Shown here: positions 27,601 to 40,527 of the stretch, one piece after another
Position numbering within the stretch: position 1 is the stretch's first letter
Layout: every line of letters starts with the position of its first letter
NCBI GenBank assembly: GCA_965637545.1
Contig: OZ281497.1
Coordinates: forward strand, 20,894,001-20,958,000
Reading direction: 5' to 3'
DNA: 64,000 bases
Source of the DNA: Phallusia mammillata
Lineage: Eukaryota
The notes under the pieces: model-generated
The model's input: the letters and a program-made list of their open reading frames with translations, nothing else
Database searches by the model: none
Told to the model about the DNA's origin: nothing
Program-made: the position numbers and the translations under genes

Positions 27601-30595
27601 TTTAGATATTGTAAGGCAAGTAACCCGGCCATGCGCCGAATCTAAAAATCCGTTTCATAGATCCAGTAAAATTTATTGATTCTAGCGGCATTTTGAAACG
27701 CCCACAAAACGTAATTTGAATCACTCGCTTGCAGTACGGTTTCACGCACTAAACTTTATTTAATTACCACAAGTTTCTACAGCCACAAATGTTTTTTATC
27801 AAATTGCCACATTCAAATGCAGGTCGCAGGTTGCTCACCTATGATGTAAACTTTCAATATTCAAAAGATCTGCATCTCAGATGCAAGTATGAATGTTGTT
27901 CATCTAATCTAAACCGTGTACTTTTTTGTCATAAAAGGCCTAGAAACGATACGAACACATAACAGCTTGGCAACAGCTTATAGCTGTTGCTAGTAGTTTT
28001 CACAGTGCACATTAACTATTATACTATGCCTATACAGTATCATCCAATCCAAACTAACGTCACCAAAATTAAAGAAAAAAACTCTGGGTTGTGTCATTTT
28101 CACTTCGAAACCCGCAAATCATCCAATGAAATGTTTTATTCATTTCGAACCTGCAGTAATCGTTATACGAATACCTGAAACATTTTCTTAGTGTGCAATT
28201 AACCAATGGGTATTAACCTGAAATGAGTAATTTACACTTTTAAGGGGAAAATAAATCATGAGGTTTTGGTTCTAAAACGTAATAGTATAATGTGGTTAAC
28301 ATTACGTAAACATTAGTGCAATTTTTATTGGAGGAAAATACTTACGTGTGCATATGAGACCATCCCCAAGGAAGCAGCCGCTGCATTTGTTGGTTAAGGA
28401 TGAGTTTGACGCTGGAGAATTGCTCAAAACTAAAATGTTTGCATGAAAAATTTGCCGTTGAAATATGAAACTTTAACGCAGAGCTTTGCAAACAAAAATT
28501 GCTATTGTGGTTCTTTGTGAAAAAAATAGGAAAAGTGGTTCTGGGTGTCAGAATTTGCAATAAGCATTTTGTTCTAATCTCAAACCCATTTTAATTTTTT
28601 GTTAATATGCAGACTTTTACTCAAACTGCTGTGCAGGTCAGTATTTTTGAACAAGGCCGACAAGTGAGCCATGAATGTAACGTAGGTAATGAATGCTTTT
28701 CAACAGCATGGTTATCACAGTGCAAATATATGTAGACCTAAATAAACATACTTACCACTCGTTATAAAATTTTAAAATATAATTGGTGATTAGACTAAAA
28801 AAACAAGAAGAGAAATAGAGCGACAATATTTGGAAATTGTTTTGAAACAGAGGAAAATAAATATGCCCATAGTTACCATCACTTTCACGAGTTTTTGCGA
28901 TAAGTGTTCTTGTTGTTGTCCCTTGAAAGTTTCTTGCTGTTATAGTCACTTCATATTGGGTGTCTGGCTTCAAATAGATAAAAGCAACCTGACTTGTACC
29001 GGAGCGAAAACTTCGTACACCATCAATGGAAGCTTGTACACTAAAAGCGTTGCTGGCATTCCAGGCCACAAACAAACTGTTTGATGTTCGCCAAAGCACT
29101 CTGACATCACGAATCAGTGGTGAATCTGCAATTCGTACCGAATGTATCATTGTTAATACTTTGGAGCCTACAAATAAAAGTCACAGAACTGAGACAGCGG
29201 CACAACTTGATTTATAGTCGAAATAAGGCACTCTTGGCAAATTTGTTGATTTGAGGCTAGGTGACTGCTAAGCAAATCAAACTACCAATGGTGTTCATAT
29301 CAGTTTGGTCACAACCGTATTTTTAAACGCGTTTGGAAAGAAATACGGTTTGGAAAAAAAAACTTTTGGGCTACGATATTGTAATATGTTAGCATTTCGG
29401 ATTTTGAAACAAATAATAAAAGGAAATAACAGCTATGAACAAAATACAAACAAGTTAGTTATATTTGGGTAATAAATTAATCATTCTCTCTTTCAAAACA
29501 GTCACTATCGCCCAGGGAAAGAAGGTATTTGACGTTTTGCCAAATATAGGTTTTCGGTTCGAAGCTTTTAAGGCGCATTCATTCGTTTATAAGTGTTGTG
29601 TAAATTGTACATTTTGACTTAATCCATGTATGTATTCCAGCCAATGGACCATTAATGACGCGCCTGTGTCTGTACGTCAAGCTGTGCTTGCCATAAAAGG
29701 CATTTACGTCAAGCTGTGGTTGCCAGCTGTACGTCAAGCTGTGCTTGCCATAAAAGGCACCAGAAAGTTGCAAGAGCGTTTATAAAACGCAGGACAAACG
29801 TATGGTTGGCGCATTTCCTAAAGCACTGCCCATTCATCATTTTGCAAATCAAAATCCTCACCATATCAATAAAGTCGTGACGAATTGAGTAACGAAGCAA
29901 AAAAATACCAGAAAGTAATCCGGGTAATTATAACTTAAAAGAAATGTAGAATTAATTTGTCTCACCACTTATACAGTTTTGCTTGCAGAAACAGGTGTAG
30001 CCGTTAACTCCTTCTTTACATTCGCCTCTTGGGGAACACGAATCATCGCAAAAACCTACAAAGTTAAAATGTATATAAACTGTTATACAAGACGAACGGG
30101 GTTTATATATTCATGTTATGATAACTGATAGACTAGACGTACCTCTGCAATCAAAACCGTCTCCGACAAACCAGTTTTTACATTGACAAGTGTAACTTCC
30201 GTCAGTGTTGATGCAATTTGCTTCAATATGGCAATTGTGGGTTCCTAACGCGCATTCGTCGATGTCTGAAAAAATAGCTTCAAAATGTGCAACTTAAAAG
30301 TGCCTAGGTTGATTCCAAAAGTAAAGGTGCATTTTAATGTGTTGTCGTTTCTACCGCTAAAATTTAGGTCAAGCATCAGCTAAAACGAAGTAGCTTCAAA
30401 ATGGACGTTTAAAATGACTTTAATAAAACATTCTACCCTTACAATTCATTTATTTGGAAAACGTTGAAAAGCTTGTGTCATATTTTCAACCAGGGCTGAT
30501 TAACACAAGCATTAACACCACTACCAAACGCGGTACGTACCTTGACAAGCCACAAATGACCATAGGGCAACGATTATAACAAAGTAAACGATCAT
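24629..30595 (-). CDS. EFG-4: EGF/FN3 GPI-type paralog with an in-frame truncated EGF and no Cys3 exon
   Basis: Exons: 30595-30541 ([18 protein letters not shown]|G), 30265-30143, 30055-29966, 29125-28889, 28429-28346 (84 nt versus 144 nt), 27424-27179 (GC donor), 27117-27034, 26626-26504, 26447-26305 (to TAA), 25672-25415, 24795-24629 (...STTSGAPLPIISKNVNILFALATTAVLFLKP*). Confidence 0.85.
26047..26281. mobile_element. hAT/Charlie-type MITE
   Basis: CAGGGGTCGGCAACC...GGTTGCCGACCACTG with a perfect 8-bp TSD, CTTTAAAT. Confidence 0.9.
29672..29760. repeat. Short tandem triplication in an EFG-4 intron
   Basis: TACGTCAAGCTGTG(C/G)TTGCCA occurs three times; the homologous introns have a single copy. 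Confidence 0.6.
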
Positions 30596-30872
30596 TTTCT
30601 TCACACTTCACACTGCCTATACTCTTACGTACTGAAATAGTCTACGGTTTAGTTTAAGCTCTCGTGAAAGCAAACTGCCCAGGAAGACCGTCATCAGTTT
30701 CACTTCCGTACGTGAGCTTATATCACAACTTCCGTACGTGAGCCATCATCATCACAAACTTTTTTGTTAACATCGATCATTTGTCGCATTTTTGTTCACC
30801 ATCAATTATCTGATTAAAAAGTTTTTTAAAATACAGCTGTCAAAATCAATGTACTCTCAATGTATTTTGGTT

Positions 30873-30962
30873 TTGTGTGTAAGGAAAAAAGAAAACAGAC
30901 CTGCCAATACTCTATGTTGCATTAACACAAAGCACAGAGTTTGCCTAAAGTTGGAAATAATG
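30873..30962 (+). pseudogene. Fragment of EXOSC1 exon 2
   Basis: About 90 bp closely matching 49041-49134 (GTAAGGAA...AAACAGACCTGCCAATA...CACAAAGCACAGAGT...AAGTTGGAAATA) with small frameshifting indels. Confidence 0.8.
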
Positions 30963-31503
30963 TACAGAAAATAGCTGGGGTACCTGGACCTACGGAAATA
31001 GCCTTCAGCAAAAAACAGACTGGAGTCGGTAACCCTGGAAAATAGGTCGACCCACTTATATTCTAACTTTGTCGCACAGTAAAGTCACGTATAGGATGCT
31101 GGTAATTTGTTATTCCATCGACATGAAGGCAGCACGATTTTGTACATCATCATCATAAACTATGCAACATTTGTCGCATTTTTGTTCGCATCGCAGCGTG
31201 TACTAAAATGATGTAAAGTTATGCAGCTCGTGGGTAAAGGAAGAAATGGTTTTAGGGTAGGGGAAACCAGAAAAGCGTACCGGTATCGCCGTCAAAACAA
31301 GTTACGGGATAATTATTATTCTCTCATCCGGCAAGTTTCGATTGCTGGTAGTTTTCCTGTTTTAGTCCATCAACACTCATTAGCAGAAAATTAAGTTATA
31401 GCTTGTGCGTAGTTGTACACGCATGCATTGCCTTTGTCAAATGACATTTTCAACTATGGATGTCTCCAAACTGACATCAACGTGAATTCCTTACCTTGGG
31501 GAA

Positions 31504-32172
31504 TGTAACATCGTAAATCACTCAACCGTAACCTACGTCACGTCTTATATGGTGTGATTGCACCACAATGCCAGAATCCCCTATGACGTAACAATATCAT
31601 TGTAGTTTATTTCTCTATGCTGTGCCTTTGGCCATTTAGTATTGAGTTTAGTTTGGACCACGTGTAGTTCGTTGGTTGCTGACTTTAATTTGCAAACGTT
31701 AGATAAAGTAATGAAAGTGACTAATTATAATTTGTTTGTCATTAATAGATGGTAATGCTTTATAAACTTAAAAACTCTGACGAAAAGGAATAATGTTGCC
31801 TTTGCAAGGTAAGCTTGATTTGTATTTCAGTTGCCCGATTTGCCGTACATTTGAATTATCGTTTTTCATCTGTGTAGAACGCTTTCTGACGATATCAAAC
31901 TGTGTTTATCTTTGATACCCTGGTCCAAAACTCTGGTAAGCTTTATTTCTGCCGGCTTAAAATTAACTTCTGTTTCCCAGTTTTGAGTGAATGTTCTCTT
32001 TGCAGAAAACCGTGTCTACCGTGAACGTGACGTGTCTACCGTGAACGTGACGTGATTACCGTGTCGTATTGAACCGTGTTGACGTGTAAAATAAATTCAC
32101 GCGTTTCCAGAAATTGGACTTCTCTAGTGTGACGCCAGCGCGGTACCAGGCGCGCAAATTCCTGACGTTACA
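31504..32172 (+). repeat. 5' LTR
   Basis: Direct repeat of 38407-39075, with two substitutions seen on manual comparison. Contains an internal 20-bp tandem repeat (GTGTCTACCGTGAACGTGAC). Confidence 0.97.
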
Positions 32173-32287
32173 TTAAAGTTTTCAGAGTGGCGGAAAATAA
32201 AGTTTTCAGAGTTACCTGGAAATAAAGTTTCCAGAGGCTACTATATACAAGGATTCCAGAGTTATCTATAAAGCGACTTTCGCCACG

Positions 32288-35200
32288 ATGGCTGAAGATT
32301 TGGAGAAGACACTATCTCCGATGGAATCGCCGGTGCCTACACGTTTGAGACCATTTGCTGCACAACCGGTCCCAACCTATACGACGATCTACGCCGATGT
32401 GCAGATAAATTGAATAGCTGGTATGTTGTGGCTGAAACTGGCATTCTAAATAAAGAGCACTCCACGTTGCGAGTGGCTCAAAAACAAATTGACGAAAACT
32501 ACACGATACTTCACAGTATGTACGATGCATTTATTAATTCATGTAACGACCCAGAGAAACTTGCTGCTTCCAAAGAAGATTTAAAATCTCTTGAACACAG
32601 CAAACTTGAATTCGAAAATAGAGTATCAGAGCTACCGCCTTCCAAAATGCCTGACTCACTGCCAGAACTTGTGCTAAGTCCGCAGTTCAGGGCCCCTACT
32701 GTTGTCTCTAGTAGGACATCACGGTCTGGCCGCTCACGTATATCTAGCGCGAGCACATCCGCTTCTGCGAGAAGTCGCCGAGAAGCTAAGGTAGAGCGGG
32801 AGCTGGCATTACTTCGCCTCAAACAAGTCGATGAAGAAAACGATCTCGCAAACGAAAAGCGAAAGTTAAAGGCAAAATACGAGTTTCAAGCGGCCGACGC
32901 AAGAGCTAGAATCCTGAATGAAGACGACGAACGTTTATCACAAATGGACAAGAGGTCCAACGAGGAACAGATTCCAGACATATTCCCGGTTTTTCCGGAC
33001 ATTGCCTCGAATGATGGTCCAATGACATCCTCTGCTGCTAGGAACTGTACGTTTCCTATCCGAGATAGAGAAGAACCACAGGAAATTATGCGTCCTAATG
33101 TACGTGTTCCTGTGACGAAAGCTCAATCAGTTGTTAAAGTGAACGAAGAAAACCCAGCTGTGCTTCCATGTATAGTGAAGGCAGTTGGAGAGGGCATGAG
33201 TATGCCGAAGCCCGATCACATGACGTTATCGGGCAATCCTACTGATTATTGGATGTTTGTACGCTACTTTGAATCCAATCTCGAATACAAAACACGAAGC
33301 GATGATATGCGATTGACACTGCTTATTAATCAGTGCAGGGGAAAAGCGAGGTCTTTAATTGAACATTGCTCTGTTCTGGATACAGAAGAAGGTTATCCCA
33401 AGGCAAGAAGCATTCTTTATGAGAACTTCGGTAAGCCCTACATAGTTGCTAGAGCCTTTGTTGAAGAGTTAACTAAGGGTCCGAACTTAAAACCGGACGA
33501 TGCTACTGGTATGCGCACTTATGCGCAGACTATGAGAAAATGTCTGCTGGTACTTCGCCAGCTAGGGAATTTTGCTGATCTTAACACAGTTGACCGTTTA
33601 GTGGCTCTTGCAAATAGGCTCCCGTACGAGTCGCAAAAGCTTTGGCGCCGCCGAGTCGCGCAGACTGTAAGGAAAACTGGAAGAGAAGCGGATTTTGCCG
33701 ATCTCGTTGAGTTTGTCGAAGAAGAGTCTGCCGTTGTAAATACTTTACCTGGTCAATTGTGTGTTTCCCGAAAGGCTGAAGAAAAGAAGCGCCCCGCAAA
33801 ACCCGGTGGGAGGAACGTTACCTGTGCGACTGTGACCACAAACCAGAGTCCTGCTTCTGTGTCACCAATAAGCTGCCCGTGTTGTAAACGAAATCACGTG
33901 TTGGAAAGATGTGAAGTGTTCGGCAGAAAGTCCACGGTGCAGAGAAGAGAGTTTCTAAGAGATAAGTTTATGTGCTTTAACTGTTTCGGTTATCGACATA
34001 CGTCAAGGGTTTGTACTCAACCCAGCGCCTGTACTGTGAGAGGTTGCAACCTTTCACACCACACGTTGCTACATGAAAATATGCAAAATCCCGTGCGTTC
34101 CAGGGCATATGCACATGCTCCTGAGAGATACAACAGAGCTCCGCGCAGCGAACCTCCTAATGGACAGGCATCTAGTTCTACAGCCAGGTGCAACGCGATA
34201 AAGAATTGTCATTCATCGTACTTTTCTGTTATTCCAGTGAAAATTCGGTCGAACGGTCAGGAGATCATAACGTACGCGTTCCTCGACCAAGGGTCTGACA
34301 CAAGCTTCTATGATAAAAGGTTAGCAGATCTGCTTCCAATAAGAGGAAGACCGAAACAAGTTACGATGTCCAGCGTCGGAAGAAGACCGGCGAACCACAG
34401 CGGAATAAGCGCAAGTTTTAGCGTTTTATCATTAGATGAAAATGAAGAGATTAGTGTCGACAATGCTCTGTCCATCGACACCATACCGGTTGAGCCAAAT
34501 CCGACGCCAACGAAGTCGGAAGTTAATAGGTTTCCACACCTACAGGGCTTGGAATTTCCTGAGTTGGATGAAGGAGAGGTGCTACTACTTATCGGCACTG
34601 ACGTCCTATATGCACATAGAGTACTGGAAATGAGAACAGGGGAACGCAAGCAACCTTTTGCTGCGAGAACCCCGCTCGGATGGTCACTTGTTGGCCCATC
34701 CGTCTGCTATCCTGCTGTTGATAATATTTCGGTAAACTTCTTTAGATGCAAAGAGACCCAGGAACTAAGCGGTGATTCTTGGGTGGACGAATTTATGCAA
34801 GACCCAAACGACTTGCCCTTTCCTACGTCAGTTGAAGACCGGAAGGTGCTACGCATGATGAAGAGCTCAGTGAAACACACGGACGGACATTTTTATTTGC
34901 CTCTTCCGTGGCGAAGTGATGTCACTTTACCGAAAGACAGCCGTCACATGGCTGAACGACGGCTTTGGTCGCTGAAGAAACGCTTTTCGCGTGACGTCTC
35001 TCTTAAAGACAAGTATGTCCAGAAGATGCAAGACTACATTGATGAGGGATATGCAGAAGAAGTTACAAATGAAGAAGCACAGGACGCTTCAGGCAAAACT
35101 CAATGGTATTTGCCACATCATCCAGTTTGCCACCCGCGCAAACCCGACAAGGTACGCACGTTTTTGATTGCGCAGCGCAACACAGAGGATTGTCTCTTAA

Positions 35201-38122
35201 CGACGCCTTACTGCAAGGACCCGATTTGGTTAATAGTTTAATCGGTGTCTTGGAACGATTTCGTATGAACAGTATTGCTCTGGTAGCGGACGTGGAAGCA
35301 ATGTTCCACCAGGTCCGCGTTCACAAGTCTGACATTGATGCTTTAAGGTTTTTGTGGTGGCCGGGGGGAGATTTATCCCGAACGCCCACCGTTCATCGTA
35401 TGCTCGTGCACATTTTTGGCGCTACGTCATCGCCCAGCTGCGCCACATTCTGCTTGCGTGAAACCGCCGAGCAGTTTGGGAAAATGTTTGATAAAGATGT
35501 TGGGGACATCGTCCGCAATGATTTTTACGTAGACGATTGTTTGACGTCAGCCGAAACAGTCGAGCGCGCCACAGAGTTGGTCACGCAACTACGTGCCTTG
35601 CTGAAGAAGGGAGGATTTCGCCTGACCAAATGGCTATCTAACAACCAATACGTCATGGATCAAATCCCAGAGGCGGAAAGAGCAAAATCGCTGACCGATG
35701 TAAACTTGGACGCTTCCGTAAAAGAGCGCGTTCTAGGTGTATACTGGCGGGTACAGAGTGACGAATTTGGATTCAGCATAACTGACACGATGCAAGGCAA
35801 GAAATTTACCCGACGCAATATTTTATGTGCTGTTAACACGCTTTATGACCCTTTGGGTTTTGCCGCACCTGTAACTTTGATTGCTAAGGTGTAACAACAA
35901 GAAATAGTCCGAAAGAAGCTGGGGTGGGATGACGAGCTGCCCAAAGACGACATTGACGAATGGCGACGCTGGCTTTCTCAATTGCCGGAGCTCGAGAAGT
36001 TAACACTTCCCCGCTGCTTTAAGCCTCCTACCTTCGGCTCAGTCGCGAAATGCGAGATGCACCATTTTTCGGATGCTTCAACTCAAGGCTATGGAATTGT
36101 GTCCTACCTTCGTCTGAAAGATGTTGATGGACAAGTCCACTGTTCGTTTCTATTCGGAAAATCGAAGGTGACACCCCCGAAAACTGAAAGCATTCCGAGG
36201 CTTGAACTTGCTGCTGCTGTCTTAGCTGTAAAAGCGGACAAATGGCTTCGACGCCAGCTAAAATTTGATAACTGCGAGTCCGTGTTTTGGACAGACAAAG
36301 TATTTACAACCAAAGCAAACGCTTTGGTACGTTTGTTGCCAACAGGTTGGCCGAAATTCATCGACAGACAAGTCCTGATCAATGGAGGCACGTAAGTTCC
36401 CAGCTAAACACCGCCGATGATGCTTCGCGAGGTTTGTCCGTGCACAAGCTCATCCGCTCTCGATGGCTGACTGGTCCAAAGTTTCTCTGGCAAACTAAAG
36501 ATCGATGGCCAACCCCGCCGGAGTTGAAGACTCGGCTTACTCCAGAGTTCCAGCCAGCTGAGCGGAAGAGGATTGTTGTAAACGTTTCTGCACAGTCAGG
36601 GTCAACCGATCGTCTGCTGAATCGATATTCATCTCTTCATAACCTGAAGACAACGGCCGCATGGCTGCTGCGTTTTAAGTCGTTCCTGCGCTCAAAGATT
36701 TCTGTGCCCACCGGCAAGCTGAGCGTGGATGAGCTGGAGGATGCGGAGTTAGAGATAATAAAGTATGTGCAACGCCAGTGTTTCGCTCCTGCTATCGACG
36801 TTTTGTCCAGCGGCGGGCAATCCGATAGGGAGCTGCTAAGGAAATTGAAGAAATCGCCACACGCTAACTCGCTGGCGAAACTTAGCCCCCAGGTTTTTAA
36901 TGGTCTACTTCGAATTGGGGGGAGATTGGAAAAAGCGCCCATTGCCTTTGACGCAAAACACCCGATTATACTGCCGTATGATCACCACCTAACAAGAATG
37001 ATTATTCAGAGCCATCATCAAGAAGTTGGCCATTGTGGAACTGCTCATACCTGGACGTCACTGCGCCAGCGCTTCTGGATTATTAAGGGAGGCGCCGCTG
37101 TGAGGAAGGAACTCAGCAATTACATGCTGTGTCGCAAGAGAACCGTACGACGAGGACAACAGCAAATGGCAGAACTGCCATTCGCCCGATTGAAGCCTGA
37201 TGAGCCACCGTATACTTATGTTGGCATTGACTACTTCGGTCCATTCATGGTGAAGCGAGGAAGAAGTGAAACGAAAAGTTATGGGTGCATATTCACCTGC
37301 TTGACTATGCGAGCTGTACACATCGAGGTGGCACCTGATTTATCCACTGATGCATTTATCAATGCCCTGCGTCGATTCATAGGAAGAAGAGGCAGACCAA
37401 AGGAGATATACAGCGATAACGGCACGAACTTTGTTGGTGCTGAAAGAGTATTACGTGAAGCCCTACAAGGTCTCCAGCAGTCCCGACTAGAATCGTACTT
37501 TAAACGACTGGAAATCAAGTGGAATTTCAATTGTCCCGCTGCTTCTCACATGGGAGGTTCGTGGGAGAGAATGATTAGATCTATTCGTCGCATCCTAAAT
37601 GCGATGCTAACAAGAAACCAAACGATCGGTGCGGACATGTTGCAAACTTTGATGATCGAAGTGGAAAGCATTTTAAATTCCAGACCGTTGACACCGATCA
37701 GCTTCACGTCTACTGAAGATGAGCCACTGTCGCCCAACCATTTGTTGTTGGGGCGTGCTTCTGACAGTGTTCCAGTGGGACTTATCAATCCAAAGGACTG
37801 CTATAGCCGAAGACGATGGAAACAAATCCAACTTCTCGCCGATGATTTCTGGAGAAGATGGTCTCGGGAATATTTGCCCACAATTGCCTTACGCCAAAAG
37901 TGGCCCGACCGACAACGCAATTTCCAACCGGGAGACGTGGTGATGATCGTTGATGAGACTCAGCCTCGACGTCGATGGGAGATTGGACGCGTTCTGCACG
38001 CGTTTCCGGACAAACACGGTGTTGTCCGCCAAGTCAACGTTAAAACGCAATCTGGTTCCACGTACAGACGGCCGATTGCAAAATTGTGCTTGCTCTGCGA
38101 GGCAAGCACCAAATGCCAATAA
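32288..38122 (+). pseudogene. BEL/Pao gag-pol, disrupted
   Basis: Gag with Cys/His knuckles (CPCCKRNHVLERC, CFNCFGYRHTSRVC, CTVRGCNLSHHTLLH), protease FLDQGSD, RT FYVDD, RNase H HFSDAS...TDS region, integrase IYSDNGTNFVGA...GGSWER. Lesions: frameshift near 32400, frameshift near 35160, in-frame TAA at 35892-35894, frameshifting deletion near 36295. Confidence 0.93.
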
Positions 38123-38406
38123 GTGCATCCGACGCATTCAGGCCACGCCGTCGTCGAACTGACCCTGAATTGCGGTGCACAAGATCCTGGTGCTGATGAA
38201 AGAAGAAATATCATGGACGGTATGCTGTTTGCTGCATTACGCATGCCGCACTCTGAAATACGCCAGGTTGGAGCTTTGCTCACCAACGGCGTTTCGCGAC
38301 GCGACTGTTTAGCTTTCGTGTGTGTTTTCGTTGTTTCATGATTCGATGTTTTCTTGGTTTGTTTGTAAATGTGTTTGAAGTGTAAGCACACATTTAGGGG
38401 GGAGAA

Positions 38407-39075
38407 TGTAACATCGTAAATCACTCAACCGTAACCTACGTCACATCTTATATGGTGTGATTGCACCACAATGCCAGAATCCCCTATGACGTAACAATAT
38501 CATTGTAGTTTATTTCTCTATGCTGTGCCTTTGGCCATTTAGTATTGAGTTTAGTTTGGACCACGTGTAGTTCGTTAGTTGCTGACTTTAATTTGCAAAC
38601 GTTAGATAAAGTAATGAAAGTGACTAATTATAATTTGTTTGTCATTAATAGATGGTAATGCTTTATAAACTTAAAAACTCTGACGAAAAGGAATAATGTT
38701 GCCTTTGCAAGGTAAGCTTGATTTGTATTTCAGTTGCCCGATTTGCCGTACATTTGAATTATCGTTTTTCATCTGTGTAGAACGCTTTCTGACGATATCA
38801 AACTGTGTTTATCTTTGATACCCTGGTCCAAAACTCTGGTAAGCTTTATTTCTGCCGGCTTAAAATTAACTTCTGTTTCCCAGTTTTGAGTGAATGTTCT
38901 CTTTGCAGAAAACCGTGTCTACCGTGAACGTGACGTGTCTACCGTGAACGTGACGTGATTACCGTGTCGTATTGAACCGTGTTGACGTGTAAAATAAATT
39001 CACGCGTTTCCAGAAATTGGACTTCTCTAGTGTGACGCCAGCGCGGTACCAGGCGCGCAAATTCCTGACGTTACA
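38407..39075 (+). repeat. 3' LTR
   Basis: Preceded by the polypurine tract and followed by the GGGAA TSD. Confidence 0.97.
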
Positions 39076-40527
39076 GGGAAGAAACAGTGTTATATGAAAG
39101 CTAGCGATAGAAAGCATTTGACAGTTTGTGAACATGAACCTCTGCAAACAAGATCCAACTTCAGCACGCCACACAAAGGCTAGGAATAAACTACGTGTAT
39201 TCTTTTACTCGTCTAAACCCAGGTATGGTTCATGGCGAAAAGTTACGCCACCCTTGAATTCCTGCACTTTGATTTTACTGCACTATAGTTACTGCACTAT
39301 ATAGACAAGATACAGCGGCTGGCTGTATCTGCAGACACACCACAGTATCTCTAGGCAGGTTTTTTTAAGGTTTGGTTTGGGTGACCGCTAAGTAGTTTTA
39401 AGAGACCGCAAGTGTTTCATTTAAACACCAAAAACTGTAGTTGTAGTTGCAAGTCCAAATTTTAGGAAACCACTGGAGAAATTTGGGGGACCGTTTCCGT
39501 CCCCCAAAACACCTTAAAAAAACATTGTCTCTAGGTACGATTTTTTTCCACTAACACCTGTCCTACTGTAAAGCCTGCTGACGGTCTTTGCCCAAGTTTG
39601 TAAAACAAGGTAGATGATTGTTCATGTTTTAGAAAATGTGCGAAAATATTGTAGCCACAAAACCCTTAAGCTAATACATATAAAGCCAATAAAGTAAAAC
39701 ACGGTCTAAAGGTCTCGATGAGAGACAGATCCATTAATCTGTCAATGTAAAAAAGCATAGTTAAAACAACGGAATACATAAAAACACCCAAAAGTAGCTG
39801 CAACTGTGAAGCAGTATTATATCTTTCTGGGTTGAAGCTGAAACAACCACCCATGAACTGCGCAAGTGTGTGAAAAATCAGTAATGTAACAATTTAGAGT
39901 GGTCTGGAGGCACGTACAAAAAAGTTGTGGTAAGGCAATGTAGGATCAGGTGTCCAGAAGTGGAAAGCAAAGCAAAGCGCAGAAAATTTTAAATCAGCAT
40001 GAAGGGCAATTAGGAACGAAAAGGTGTGCTGTGACAAAAAAAGCTTTTTGTCTTATACACACATTTTCCAACTCGATAAGTATAATGCACAATTTTCAAC
40101 GAAACGCAATTTTTTTAGGTTTTCCAATGTTGATAAGAAAGTTCAGGCAAAATTGGGATTTAAAGTAAATTACTAAAGTTTTATGCAAATCGATTAATTA
40201 TTATTCATGCAACTGCAGGTACTTTTGCGTTTAATGAAAATGTAGGATCCCTCTCCTCTCATTTGTACTTGATTTCTGTTCTCCAGAATGTACAAAGTAT
40301 GATACACGAAATTGAGATGTTTAAAAAATATGCATAGGCGAAAGTAAAATCTCATACAGGAACTTGGCGTTCGCTGAAAAAATCACTGCTAACTTTCTTA
40401 TTTTAATTTGTGAATGGCAAGATACATATGATATGATCACTATGGCAATTTTGATGTGCATCAGATATAAATATTAAATAGTAGGTAAGATGTGTTTAAT
40501 TTTTTTTCTCTTAGCTGTAGGAGCAAT

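Larger units (their letters stand above)
31504..39075 (+). mobile_element. Full-length BEL/Pao LTR retrotransposon, recently inserted but coding-defective
   Basis: 669-bp LTRs 31504-32172 and 38407-39075 (TG...CA), 5-bp TSD GGGAA (31499-31503 and 39076-39080), PPT AGGGGGGAGAA just before the 3' LTR, domain order gag-PR-RT-RNaseH-IN. Confidence 0.97.

Noticed and set aside
38123-38341. 72-aa ORF in frame after the integrase stop (env-like or read-through?)
   Set aside because: Short, no Met start, no recognisable motif, and lies in the 3' UTR before the PPT.
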